From Anthoceros angustus (Eukaryota > Plantae > Anthocerotophyta): a stretch of 64,000 nucleotides of DNA. Below the pieces are notes generated by a model that was not told the origin of the DNA, searched no databases, and was given only the letters and a program-made list of their open reading frames with translations. Every line of letters begins with the position of its first letter. Position 1 is the first letter of the stretch. This document shows, in pieces, positions 38,483-51,446 of the stretch. Location of the stretch: contig MU008153.1 of the NCBI GenBank assembly GCA_010909165.1, positions 186,001-250,000 on the forward strand, given 5' to 3'. The translations under genes were made by a program, and so were the position numbers.

Positions 38483-38789
38483 ATGCTCCCGAGATATATC
38501 TCGGGTGCTTAAAAAAATACATATGTCAGCTATTACGGGAAAGCCGCTCTGACATATACAAAGCTCCGTCCGTTAAAAGTAGGGTTGCTCCCTACTTTTA
38601 ACAGACGGAGCTCCATTTCCTTTTAAAAGATCATTCCGTGGACTACGCGACGGACGGAGATGTTCCAATATTCAATGTAAGTAGCCCTTGAGAGCCTCTA
38701 CCTCTACCTTTTACCTTTACATTCGTCCATACCATTTTACCACAATCTATGCAGTTATCATATTTCAGTCCCATGACGGAAATCTATCC

Positions 38790-39305
38790 TTAGTGGTCCT
38801 TAGTGGACTTAAATAAAATTCTTCTTCTTCTCTCTCGCCTCCGAATAACATATATTTCTCTACATGGGTGCGAGAGTCTCTCTCCCAAAGTTATATGTGG
38901 TCATCCTTGGGCTCAGACTCTCGTCCCAGCCGAAGGAGTTCTTGAGCGCCAGACTTTCTCAATAAACCTTGAATGTTGGTCGTGGGAAGCGAAGAGACAA
39001 CATTTTGCAAGAGTCATCGGCTGCATGGAAACGAAACTCAGAGGAATATGTATGTGGTTGTATGGATGCTAGGGTTAACACCTGCCTACATTGGGGCTAT
39101 TTACTTTTTAAGGGATTATTGTTCTTTTGCCTCTTTGTACTTTGAAGGGAGCGAGATTTGAGGTCCCTATAAGGTAGGGATCCAATTGTAGAGTTTGCAA
39201 TAAGGGAGGGCCGACTATATCTCCTTGTATGGACATCAAGATTAGCATCTACCTAGATTGTGGATTACGGGTAAGTCTAGGATGAATAGAATGCCTAATT
39301 CTAAC
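38790..39305. mobile_element. MITE/TIR-like sequence, inverted homologue of 42035-42592
   Basis: The reverse complement of ~38825-39305 aligns by eye with 42068-42592, e.g. acatacatattcctctgagtttcgtttccatg vs acatacatttctctaagtttcctttccatg. Confidence 0.6.
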
Positions 39306-39684
39306 CATTGTATTGCCCTTTTTCCTAAGGAAATCCAGTTGAAAACTTTTACACAAGTTCTCGACCCTTAAGAACTTCAATTCTTGGAGTAAGCTTTAGG
39401 CTATCCAGACTTCGAAGTCTTGCGATGCCCCTCCTCTCCTCCACAACCACCATGTGACCAGGGCGACCCTGGTCCTTCTTCATCGCCCACTGTGGAATGG
39501 GTTTTTGCATCCAAAGACGCAAGGAGGCCACATTTACCCTCTATGTCGTTATAGTCCTAGGATTCGATCCCAAGGGAATGGTTTTGTGTCAAGATGTTCC
39601 AAAACTATGGATTCTAGTCCTCCTACAATCAGTTCCTACCCAGCCATAATCAACTACCGTGTCCGAACCAACGACCGTGGTAAG

Positions 39685-39830
39685 TTCGACCACCGCCGTG
39701 GTGGGTTCGGCCACCGCCGTGGTGGATTCGGCCACCCCCGTGGTGGATTCGGCCACCGCCGTGGTGGATTCCGCCACCGCCGTGGTGGGTTCGGCCACCG
39801 CGGTGGCTGATTCAGCCACTGTGGTGGGAC
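39685..39830. repeat. 21-bp GC-rich tandem array (~7 copies), each unit with an internal CCACC/GGTGG inverted repeat
   Basis: ttcggccaccgccgtggtgga units at 39685, 39706, 39727, 39748, 39769, 39790 and 39811. Confidence 0.95.
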
Positions 39831-42034
39831 CCACCCGACCGGCGCGCGCGCGCTTCGCGATCGACTATTTGGCGCCCGGTTCCCCTGCTATGCTCGTTAA
39901 GGGCTATGGTCCTATGCACACAGGTTCACATATACACCAAGTCACACTCATGTGGATTCACACCCAGAGCTCACTGGTGGATGCACACCATGGCCCCGCA
40001 CGTCGCGGCACCTCACTCCGTCGCTGATTTCCTCGACCCCACAATTTATTCCCAACCTTCCTCGGTTCGCGTTTTCCGGACTCTCGCTCACCACTTCCTA
40101 GACTCTCCTTCAGCGACTCACTCACCCCTTTCTTCTAGGACCTCATACACCAGATCCTCCTCTCTCGGGCCACACATACCTCTCTTGGGCCACACAGGCC
40201 TCACTTGGGCCACTGGACCCCTCCTTGGGCCACAGACCCCCTCCCCACCCCCTTGGCCCGACCCCTCCTCCAGATTAGACACAATCTGGTTAGGCAGTGG
40301 GTTGGGGAAAAAGCGGTCGATTCCATAGGCGATTTGCACACCCGATCTCACCCGGTCCCTGAGAATTTCCTCTCACGGCATGCATTGAGCACCCTTCACT
40401 ACTAGTCACCCCGGAGCTTGGTCACTCACTCGACCATCCGAGGATCTCCCGGCCCTCTTGTGACGAGAGGACATCACCCTCATCCGTCGTCATCGGATGC
40501 CTCCAACCAACCACGCACATTCGACACCGGAGCTCACACAAATTGTCTAACGAGAGAGGCGAAGGGTCTCTTGTACATCCGGCACGGGCGCCGAACTCAC
40601 TTTCCGGTGTCTAAAGATGGCTAACCTACCTCCAGTATCTAAAGATGGCTAACCTACCACGAGCGCGCCTACCAATTCGGGTATCTACAGGTTCATAGGC
40701 TTTCCTAGCACCTTATCCTCTAATCCAAGTGAAAGCCCCTGACCTATGATGCCGCCCCCCTCTAAAATCAGCGCGCCCGCCTCCGCTGTTGCTGCCTAGC
40801 CCTACGGCCCATGGGTGTTCCCCTCGCTCTCCTACCACGCCTCTGATCCGAAAGATTCTCCCTTAATACCTCCACCTCACTTCCGCTATCCGAGGTCCTC
40901 TCACTCCTGCAAGGAGGTGCCGCCCGTCTACTGCCCCGCGCACGTTGCCTCGCCCTTCATCACTGGACAGCCAAACAGTGCGTTCCTCCATCCACGCTCT
41001 AGCCTCATCTCTCTTCCGCTTATACCTCTCCGCTAGCTTCTTGAACTTCTCCAGAGGTGCCAGCGTCTCCACTTGTTCCTGGGCTCGTGAAATTTCATTC
41101 TGGAGCTCCTCATTCGTCGCATGCGCCTCCTTCACTTAACTTCACTGCAGTCCCGTCCGGTTGCGCGAACACTTTGGCCTTGAAATCTCATGATCACGGT
41201 ACCAAGGTGCGGTCTTCTTCCAATTGCGCTCCAACTCTGCTAGTGCTTAGCTCACTGTCAACCCTGGCTCCGCAACTAGGGTTGTTATCTCCCCCCGCTA
41301 TCATCGTTCCATATTCGGCCACCGTTGTGGAACTAGCCACCTCCCCACTTCCCTGCGCCACTGTCGCTGAATGAAGGATCCCCCTCCTTATATAGACAAT
41401 TTTTATTCCTAAAAATCCCAAGGTCCAAGGACCTTCTAGCCTGGCCTGACATTTACAGGTTCGAGATCCAAGGACTAAAAAGTAATATTGTCATGGGCCA
41501 AGGACCACTTTTAGTATAAAAGGCCTTGCCTCAGACATTTCCTAAGCACTCCATCACACAAAACATAAGAAAAACAGAAAAGAACATTCAAACCAACAGT
41601 CTAGGGGAGGGTTAGTGTACATGTGGTCTTCCACACCCACCCTCCTTCCTTCTTCTACCCACCACGGCCTTGCTTGTCTGTCGTGTCATGTCATGTCGAC
41701 CAAGAATGTTCCACGCTGCTGCCACAACAAACCATTGCCAGCATAATTGATACTGCACACACCGCCAACAATTGTTTATTCGCAGATCAATCGCATCACG
41801 CGCCTTAAGAACTTTCTTTTCGCCAAGAGAACTGAAATTTCCAAATGAACTTGCTTAAGAGAAAGGACAATACAATGGTCCTTGCATGTGTCCAAATGGC
41901 TTAGGCCAAATAGAATCACATTTATAAGAATGCTGTGTGATTAAGCATCATGCGCTTCAATTGGTACTTCGATGGAGTGCCTAAAAGGCGTGGATGCCCT
42001 TGGCGCAAGTAGCTTAGTCACACCAAGTCCCATC

Positions 42035-42592
42035 AGTGGACTAAAATATATTCTTCCTCTTCTTCTCTTCCACCTCCTAGAGTTAGGCATTTTCTACATC
42101 CTAAACTTACCTACAATCTAGACAGGTGCTAATCCTGACATCCATACAATCACATATAATAGGCCCTCCCTAATTGCAAACTTGATAATTGAGATCCCTG
42201 TCTTATTGGGACCTCAAATCTGGCTCCCTTCAAAGTATAAAGAATAAAAGAAATGCCTTCAAAAATAAATAGCCCCAATCTAGGTATGTGCTAAGATCAG
42301 CTCCCTTCGACGTATCAAGAAATACAAAATAATAATCCCTTGAAAAATAAATAGGCCCAATCTATGCAGGTGCTAACCCTAGCATCCATTTAACCACATA
42401 CATTTCTCTAAGTTTCCTTTCCATGTCGCCCATAACTCTTGCAAACTCTGCTCTCTTCGCTGAAGACTGAAAATGTCTAGCGTTCAAGCTCGAGGGAGTC
42501 CGGTGCGCCGTACCGAGGCACAACGACTTATAGTCACATATAGTTTTCAACTCCGTCTACAGACGTACATGCTATTCGGTGGCGAGAGAGAG
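42035..42592. mobile_element. MITE-like element with imperfectly complementary ends, homologous in inverted orientation to 38790-39305
   Basis: It starts agtggactaaaatatattcttcctcttcttctcttccacctcc and ends gctattcggtggcgagagagagg. Confidence 0.55.
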
Positions 42593-42631
42593 GCTCAGGC
42601 CATTATATAATTCATGTAACTAATATCTATG

Positions 42632-42983
42632 TACCGTACCCCAAGGGGTGATTCGGCGTTAATTAATTAAAATTAATAAAATTTGAAAATCCAGAAATTA
42701 TTATACTTAAAATGTTGAATAGGTAAAAATTTATGAGTTTATGATGTTGGAAATAAGGAAACTAGGGTTTGTGTGAAAAATTAGGCCTATTTAGGGGAGG
42801 TCTATACACATCCATTAGTTTTATATATATACCTATGTTTTTTAATAAGTGTTGAAATTTGATAAAATTATTTTTTTATAAATATTAAAATTTTGAAAAT
42901 ATAAGTATTTATGTTGAACCTTATTTTTTCAAAATATAATTATTTCGGCATTATCCTGTTGAACCACCCCTCGGGGTACGGTA
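42632..42983. mobile_element. AT-rich segment bounded by 17-bp inverted repeats (MITE or solo-LTR-like)
   Basis: taccgtaccccaagggg (42632-42648) vs cccctcggggtacggta (42967-42983), one mismatch; no clear TSD. Confidence 0.5.
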
Positions 42984-43436
42984 TTGGCAGGCCGGATGTC
43001 CCGAACTGGTTTTGCCCGGGGACGGGAGGTGGTATTTTCGGGTGATGAATAGGGACATGGGATACGTGGGGTAGATGGTTGGTCCCACATGCTTCGGAAA
43101 GTGGTAAGTGTGGAGACGTCGACCTGCTCAGGTTAAGAACCGTGCGAAAATTCCGTGCTTCTACTTCTAATAGACTTACTCTTATCCGTTCATCCCTCCC
43201 GATGTGCGGGCCAGCGGCCATTACGGCAGTCCTCATCGTACGAGCCAGCATTAATGACCATCGCAGAACTATTTGCAAGCGGAGCGTGCAAACCCTAAAC
43301 CACCACAAAACCCAATCAACCACTCACAAAAACCTTTACCTCCCAGGGACGTGGGTTTCTTGACGTAGGAGACCCCTAAAAACGAGACCTCCCAATGAAG
43401 GGATTCTCGACGTGGTGGACCCGGATTTTAACCGAC

Positions 43437-45541
43437 TCATAGCTCGATATCCTCAGGCAGAGCCTTCTCCAGAAGCTGCAAGCTGACAACACATCCAGAG
43501 GGCCTAAGCAAAAGAATTTACAGGGAAAAAGAAAAAGCCCGAGACACGAGAGCAAAGGTACGATCTCAGAAGGCATGGGTGCAGGTACGCAGGTAACCTG
43601 AAGGCCATCAGTCCCATCCCGACAAAGACAGCTGCAACGGCTCGGCGATGCCCTGCATACTCCAAAGCTAGCGGCATCATCTCATGTAACGTGAGGAAGG
43701 CCATGATCCCACCAACTGTTTGATTCGGGAGAGCCAGGACAACCGTCACAAAAAATGTGTAGGTGAGATGATGTAACGATGTTTGCCAATTTCAATATAT
43801 CAACCTCACCGGCTGCTAGTAGCCCCTCCAACACCTCAGGCGACAAGCTGCTTGGAAATAGCAACGCTGCACAAGTATTCGGGTGACGTAAGAACAAGCA
43901 CCGGGGCCCATCAGGCGTGACCAGCGGAAAAACAAATTCATAGACTTTTACCAACAATTACCACCCCAAGAGGTTCAGCAAGCCCAGAGACTGCTGCCAG
44001 GCGGAACGCTGTCCATTTACTACAAAAAAAACAGGCGCACAACCACATGAGATATACAATATTATATGAACTAATATCAGCGGGAACCAAGCGTTGTGCC
44101 CTGTAACATACCTCTGAGTAGCAAAATAGATAGGCAGCGCAACGGCCACACCCTATGCAATCCCACTTCAGCCATTTCAGAAAGGCTTGCTACCTAGTGA
44201 AAACGGCATAGTAACCACGTCACGGTAAACACCCACCCAATGACCCACATAAACTCACCTCCGGAACATTGTGCAATGCAATAGCCAATGCCAAACTGAC
44301 ACCAACCCGCAGACCCTACAGGGTACATATCAGCTCTCATAAGTAACGAGAACGAATTTGAACTGCACAGCAAAGGAACTTGCCTATCTAAAAATAATTC
44401 AGCACTCCTCTCAGGCGAGCTGAATCATGTGATGCACCTTGAGCGATCCAAGAAAGACAGCCATTCCTTCTGGGAAATTATGAAGGCCGATACCTGGAAC
44501 AATGCGATGAAAACCATGAAGCAGCTGGACGGAGAGGAAGGTACTAGGATTTGATGTTGTACCAGCAAATCACGGTTGAGAATACAAGAAGGGCTGTGCA
44601 ATACCAATGGCTGTGACGATTCCACTGAAGTAAACTTGCCTTCTTCGCTTCTTCATCTGAAGTATTTCTTTGTTGTCTGTTTTCTTGCTGCCATTGCTTT
44701 CCTGTGTGGGACAACAGCATGTGCAGATATTAAGTCACCTGGAACAATATTGGTCCAAGAGATTCCCTACGAAGTTCACCAAAACAACAGATTTACATCA
44801 ATCCTAACTTTCAACACATCGCTTGGGATAGGAATAACAGAAATTACCTTCACCCGCTTGACCGCTGCGGAAGCCGGAACCAAGGAAGGGTCCGGAATAA
44901 GAGCAACAACCCCCGCAAAGAAGATCACTCCCGCAAAGAACTGCATCCTTCACAAAGAATTGCACAAAGCAACCACCATCAAGATCGCACGGATAGGCTG
45001 AAACTCAGATCTGCGGGTCCATCCACAGTGCAACATTACTACTAGCCGACGTGAAGAAAAAAACGCTTTTCACAGCCATTCGAAGGTCGGCATCACAACA
45101 GCCAGACGATGGTCACTACGCAGCTGCAAAGAGCGAAGGGCGCCTCACCCAAACATTGGCTCGGCCAAAACCGATTGCATTGATAGCATTATGCATGAGA
45201 TCGTTGAAGGACAGAGTAAGCATCAACCCAGCTGCCAAACCCTGCAGGGCAGCACGGTCAGACCCCGGCCCACCCTAAACCCACGGCCACCACACAGACA
45301 GCCCGGTATAACAATCCTTACTTGAAGAACACCCAACCTCTTCATATTCGGAGCAGGTTGCAGCACCACAATCAGGCCACCTGCCATCAGACAGCACAAA
45401 ACCCCGACCTGAGAAGCCATGCAACGAGCCAGCCGTGCAGCACCAGCCCGGTCGGCCGTGACCATCACCTATGGCCGTGCTTGCGCCCCCGACGAAAGTG
45501 AGCGCCAGCGCCACAAGCACCTGCGAGCCGCCTTCCCCCAT
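43437..45541 (-). CDS. ZIP-family (ZupT/ZTP29-like) zinc transporter, multi-exon
   Basis: MGEGGSQVLVALALTFVGGASTAIG; VVLQPAPNMKRLGVLQ; AVALPIYFAT; GGIMAFLTLHEMMPLALEYAGHRRAVAAVFVGMGLMAF; the last exon reads SLQLLEKALPEDIEL*. Confidence 0.9.
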
Positions 45542-46590
45542 CTTCTACCACACTCCAGCTCAAATCCTTCAACCAAACGAACCAAACCCGACGTCACACT
45601 TCCTTCCTTCCTTCCAAACCCGATGTCACGCTCCCGCCTCAATCCTGCCGGGATTCCACACGCCCCCGGGCCTCCATCCACAATACCCTAGCTGCCGCAG
45701 GGCTCCAGAAAGCTTCTTGTTACTACCAGACAAAGGTAGCCGACAGATCCGCAGCCGCCGGAGCAAGCCCTGGCAGCAGCCAATGAGAAACCCTTGCCCG
45801 GCCGGACAGAGATCCTCCCTTTCCTTACCTCCAGGTAGACAGAAAGGCGTCCTCGCATAGGACAGCAAGTGCCTTGTGACAAGAGCACAGCCACAGCAGC
45901 AGCCGCAGCAGCAGCAGCTCAGCAAAATCTCTCAACCACCAGAAAGAAAACCGGACCATCAGGTCAGCAAAGCCCGCATTCTGGCCACAGCTCCAGTTGC
46001 CATCTCCGTGTCCCTACTCCCGACCCCGCCAGCTGCAGTAGTCAAATCCCTCGTGCTGCCTTGAATGCCTCCCCGACCTGGTCCCAGATTCCGCCGGACA
46101 TGCAGCGGACACACGCGCGCGCTTCCCACAGGCGGGCTGTACCAGCAGCAGAGCGCGGCGAGAATGATTCCCGAGCCTGCCGCCGACCCTAGCCCGGCGG
46201 GGCCGGCTCGAGGCTCGGTACGGGCAGCGGGCAGCCCCGCAGCTGCCCGGGAGGCAGCGGGCAGGGCCCCGGGCAGGTCGAGGCGATAATAAAACAAGCC
46301 CAAACTGGACGCGTGTAGCCCACTGGTAGATCTGAAGGACTGTCTGACTGATTGTGTCTAATAAGAGTTTGTGACTCGAGGTGAGTGAAGGGAGTGAGAG
46401 GTTCTGATGAGAGCGTGTTTGTTTGTGTGAGAAGAGAGGGTTTGGGGAAGGAAGCGAGAGCGCGGGGGGTACCTAGGGTTAGACGCATGTGTCGGATGTG
46501 GTATGTGATAGAGTCACGCTAGTCGCGGCGCGGCAGGCCAGGCCAGGCCACACCGACGACTGACCACCCATGCCCGCCCCAGCCCCATCC

Positions 46591-49500
46591 ATGGCGGACA
46601 AGGACAAGGACAAGAAGAAGCTGAAGCTCATTCTGAAGCTCCCGCGTTCCACCTCCTCTTCCTCCTCTTCCGCCGCCGCTGCGGCAGCGGCAGCGGCGGC
46701 TCCAGCCGCCCTGCTGCGCGGCAGGCGCCCGCCGCATCCTCCAGGCCGGTGCCATCCACTCCCGGCGCCGGGGCCAGGGCTGGGGCTGGGGCTGGGGCCT
46801 GCATTCGGGCAGGCGGGACGGCGGGCCCCTGGCCGCGCCCGCGCCTGCCCCGGCCCTATCCGCCAGGCTGACCAGGGTTACGGGTCCCCGCCGCCGCCGC
46901 AGCAGCAACACCAGCCGCAGCAGCAGCCACAGCAGGCGCAGCAGCATGGTGGGCTGGGATGGCAGGGGACGGGATCCGGGGTGAGGACGGACCCGGGGGG
47001 CGCGGCGGCGGGGCCGCGGTTCGCCCCGGGCTCGGAGAATGAACATGCGGACGAGGGCGGGGACGGGGACGGGCTGCCCACACCGCCCAAGAAGCGCAAG
47101 TTCAAGACGGTGGCTGAGAGCAGCGCCAGATCTGGACCCGCGAGCTCCCCGGGCTCGCCGGACGAGTGGGCCAAGCCGCAGGGGCTGCCGCCCACGGCCG
47201 GATCTACTCTGCCTCCTCTTGCCAAGAAGCCGGCGCTGCTGACTAGAGTGAGTTGGACGCTTCCGAGTGTGATCTGCAGCTGCCGCGGCCAAGGCCAGTC
47301 CCAGGATGTCCTTAGCATGTTTTGAAGCCATGTGGGTCGTCCGGGCTGGGTGTCTGGAGGTTGTGGGTTGGTTTCTTGACCTAGCTCACGATGGGTTCTG
47401 CCTGGGCTTGGCTTGGTGCAGAAGGGCGAGAAGCCGGGTGACGGTTCGGAGACGGAATCGCTACCTGCTTCCAGTAGGTTGCCGGATTTGCTGCCTTCGT
47501 CGTCGTCGCATGCGTTTGTTCTGCGAGTTGGAGGGAAAATGTTTCCAATAGGGTTATCTGGCTAACGACTTTCTCCTCGCGTCTGCAGGTGGGCACGCAT
47601 CTGATCCCTTGCCTGTCAAGGCCAATCTGGAAGGCCTTCTCGACAAACTGCAGAAGTCCGTCCCTCCCCTTCTCTGCTCCCCCTTCTCCCCCGTCTATCT
47701 TGTGGGCATGCTCCACTGGCACTTCTTTCTGTGGCAGAGCTTCTGTGCCGATCTGTGACATGTCTCTCATCTCAACATGCGTGGCTTATCAGGAAGGATA
47801 CGTATGGAGTGTTTGCCGAGCCCGTGGATCCTAGGATGGTATGAAAGCAGCCTCCATCTGCTTCACGTCTGTCTAGCCAGCGTATTCACAAATTGGAGGT
47901 CGCATGCTGTCCTTGAGTAGTCGACTACCACGTCTCTTACGTTTAGTGCTTTTGTCAGGTACCAGACTACTATGACGTCATTAAGAAACCGATGGACTTC
48001 GGGACCATTCGAAAGAAAGTATCCAAGGGGACCTACGCAGCCCTGGAACAGTTCGAGGTGGGTTTCTGGATTTGTGCTTCGGCTCTGCTTGGTAAAAGTG
48101 CCCGTCTTTTAGACGGCCACTAACTTGAGGGAGGCCATCATGTTGCAGGCAGATATTATGTTGATCTGCAGCAATGCGATGCGGTATAATGCACCCAACA
48201 CGGTTTATTACAAGCAGGTGTGGTTACTCATTTGTTACTATGCTGCGTTGCTGTGTTTTAACCGTCATTGTTGTTAGCCGTTAGAAAGTAACCCCTGCTT
48301 GGATGTATTTGCTTGTGTAATTTCTCAGGCGAGGGCCATTCAAGACATGGCACGCAAGGCGATTCCTGTGCTAAGGCAACCTGGAAGTGATGGTGAGCGG
48401 AAGGTGCCAGCCAAGTTGAAGTCTAGCCCTGCTGCGAAGAAGTCTGGGAAAAAGGCTCCAATAGGGAAATCCCGTTTCGACCCTGCTGGATCTGACTACA
48501 CGTCGGGGGCCACCTTAGCTTCAGATGGGGATGCCAGAGTAGCCTCTGAACGCTCAGGTAGTGCTGGTGGGGAAGATTCAGAAGCTCAAGTTGGAGCATG
48601 GGGAGGTGTATCTCAGGGTGGAACTTTGGATACTGGAGGCACTTGGATACAAGAAGAGCTAGCAGGTATTCTATCAGACCACCAAGCTTGGCTTATCATA
48701 TGCTTGGACGGAATTACACAGAACTTGTTAGTTCATGTTTTTTCGTCAGTTTCAGCCATGGACCACACCCGTCCTACCGTTTTCAGCAGCAGTCCGTGAA
48801 TTTATAGGAAGATTGGCTTGCAGGAACAGCTCTTAAGCCAATGTCTATGAAAGATGGGAGGCGTCCCTTGTCCACTGAGGAGTACCATCGGAGCTCCTAC
48901 AAGTCTCGGAAGCTTCCGGCTCATGGGCAGGGTCCAGTGCTAGCTGCGGTTGGTGGGGAACTTCAGCAGCTTTTATCTGTAAGTTGTGGGTACAAAATCA
49001 TTCAACTACTTGAGCACATATCAGTGAAGCTGTGCAGTGTTTAACTGGGGTCATCTGGCATGCAGGTTGGACCTCAACAAGAATACGCTTATGCTCGGAG
49101 TCTTGCTTGTTTTAGTGCGAATCTGGGTCCTGCTGCCTGGAAGTTTGCTGCAAGGAAGATACAAAAGGTTTTGGCACCACATGTCTCTTTCGGACCGGGA
49201 TGGGTAGAGCAACCAAATGGGTTCCATCGCCCGTCTTCAGTGCCTACTGGGTATGGTCAAGGTGCATTGTTGGCAAAGACGTTGGTGGCAGAACAGCATA
49301 AGCCTCCTGTTCAGCCAGCCCCAACAGCAAGGCTGTCTCAGATTGCACCCGTAGGACCTTCTGTCCAAGGTCCACCTGCTTTGAGTGTTCCACCGCCTGC
49401 TTTGAGTGGTTCGTCTCTATCTGGTCCTCTGCTATCCAGTGCTGTCCCATATGATCATGTGAAGGCTGCGGTTCCAGTTAAACCGGTGGAACCTTTGGTA

Positions 49501-51171
49501 AGGCCAGGCACTTCTTCAGTTTCAGGGAATTATGGTTCTTCAAAGCCTCAAGCAGACCCATTGTCGAGACCAAGGGATGGGAAGGTTTTCATGCCACCCC
49601 AGGGTTTTGGCACATTCTCCATGGCCGCCCCAACAGCTATGTTGGAGAAGAGTGCAGTGGTGCCTCAAGTTTTGAGTAAACAGCTACCTAGCTCTGTGGG
49701 TGCAGATAGCTATCGGCCAACTCTTTCTGGTGACAGTGGAGCTGAGGAATCCAGAAGTGTGTCTGGTGGGTTTGGTCATTTCGAATTTAGTTTAGATGCT
49801 GCAGCCGTTCCATTGAAGGGTTTAACCACTGTGTTTTCCAAGGATGGACTTATTGCTGCCCCTAGTTCTACCGGGAAGTCTTCTGATGACAGGAACAGTA
49901 AGGGAGGGAGTAGATCCTCCACCCAATCAAGATCCAGCAGCAGTTTAGATGGCCAGGCTGGTGCTTCTGGCCTGGATGGAGTAATTTCTGGCCCAGATGG
50001 ATCAGTTATGCAGGCAGGTATAGACAAGGGGTGCAAAGAGGAAAGTCAGCCCAGATCTAAAATGCAACTCTCTGCGAAGCAGAGTTTGAGCCAGAATTCA
50101 GATGAAGCAGGTTGTACAGCAGTTGGCGTTGGTGCCCTCCAACCTGAGGATAAGCTCGTAGCCGGAAGCAGGGGTCCTGGTTCTTGGGTGAAACTACAAC
50201 CCGGTCCCTGCATGCAGGACCAGGGCACTTCCAGGGATCGAGCAACTGCTGTGCTTGCAACAGGGACGCCAGGTGTTGAAAATGGTTTCACTGGTGCACA
50301 TGTCGTTCCTCTGTCTTTGTTGCCAACCATCATGGGTGTTCCCAATGGTGCTGCTCCGGGTGTGGATGAGTATGCCCTCAAGGCTTGGGCCCAAGCGCAA
50401 GCTCAAGTCCATGCAATGAATCTACTGCAGCAAGCTGACCCAAAGACGCGAGCTGCCATTCAGGCACAACTAGCAGCTGGATGGCAACCTCTGCCTGTGA
50501 ATTTACAGTCTCATTATGTGCAACAACAATTGAATGGTGCATCCTCATTTGTGCAACCTACTCAACTTAACCGGACATACCCAGTTACAGCACCTAATGT
50601 GGGGTCGTCTCAGTTAGGACACACAGTTGGGTCTGTCTCTCAGTCTCCAGATGCAAGAGACCTTCCTGTCGGAAGTGGTCGGCATGGAAGTGTATCTCAA
50701 CTAGGTTACACTGGGAATGGCAGATTGCCGCAGCCAAATGTTTCCATGATGGTTCTCAACAATGTTCCCCAGCAGACAGGGCAGTTGGTCAGCGGCAGAC
50801 CTCCTGATATGCCCCGAAACCCTGATATGAACACCCCTTTCTTAGGTAATAGAACTGTGGCATCGCAGTCCTTGCCCCACATGCAGGTTTCTAACCCTTA
50901 TTCTTCTACTCCACATCCATCAGGCAGGAATCTTATACCTCTCCAACAACAGCCTCCAGCACAGAATTCAGGTAACACGAATGCCACTCCATCTCAACGT
51001 TATGCTCCAACTCACAGTTCAAGTAGCAACTCGGGTACCTCCTCTCGGCCCATGCCGCCTGACTTGAATATTTGCTTTCAGCCTCCTCAATCTCCAACAA
51101 CTCCCAAGACATCGCCAGGTCCAAGGATGCTGGTTGATTCACAACAGCCAGACTTGGCTCTGCAGTTGTAA
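46591..51171 (+). CDS. Bromodomain-containing protein (plant BRD7/9-like group), multi-exon
   Basis: Spliced bromodomain LLDKLQK / GVFAEPVDP / VPDYYDVIKKPMDFGTIRKK / DIMLICSNAMRYNAPNTVYYKQ / ARAIQDMARK; YARSLACFSANLGPAAWKFAARKIQKVL..FGPGWV; C-terminal QPDLALQL*. Confidence 0.92.
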
Positions 51172-51446
51172 TATACCACTGTCCTGAAAAAATTTTGCTG
51201 TAATATGTAGGCCTAAAATGTCTCTGCCTTGTACCAGTAAAAAATTCTACTTAATATCCTTTAAAACGAGATACAAATCCTGTGTGTCGGGAATATTCTG
51301 GAAGAGGTAATAACCCGAGCGTTGGCCTCGGAGGGGAAAAAGTTAATCCCCAATATGGTTAGCGATCTCCTTACGTCCTACGTATCGTCCTTGGCCGCTG
51401 CCGCAATCTGAGTGGCAATGTATGGTCGAAAATTGGAACAACTACT

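Larger units (their letters stand above)
35287..38688. mobile_element. PIF/Harbinger DNA transposon with convergent transposase and Myb/SANT ORFs
   Basis: Imperfect 16-bp TIRs (GGCCCTACTCACATTG and the reverse complement AGGGCTACTTACATTG, 12/16 identical) flanked by TGA on both sides (35284-35286, 38689-38691), with subterminal CTCCGTCCGTC motifs at both ends. Confidence 0.88.

Noticed and set aside
39454-40027. ORFs encoding FGHRRGG or TTAVVDSA repeats as glycine-rich or mucin-like proteins
   Set aside because: They are by-products of a 21-bp (multiple of 3) tandem repeat that is open in several frames on both strands.
40680-41625. Complete small LTR element (gggtatctaca end; purine tract then TGTACA near 41616)
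   Set aside because: The two putative LTRs share no sequence, so a paired-LTR structure is unsupported.
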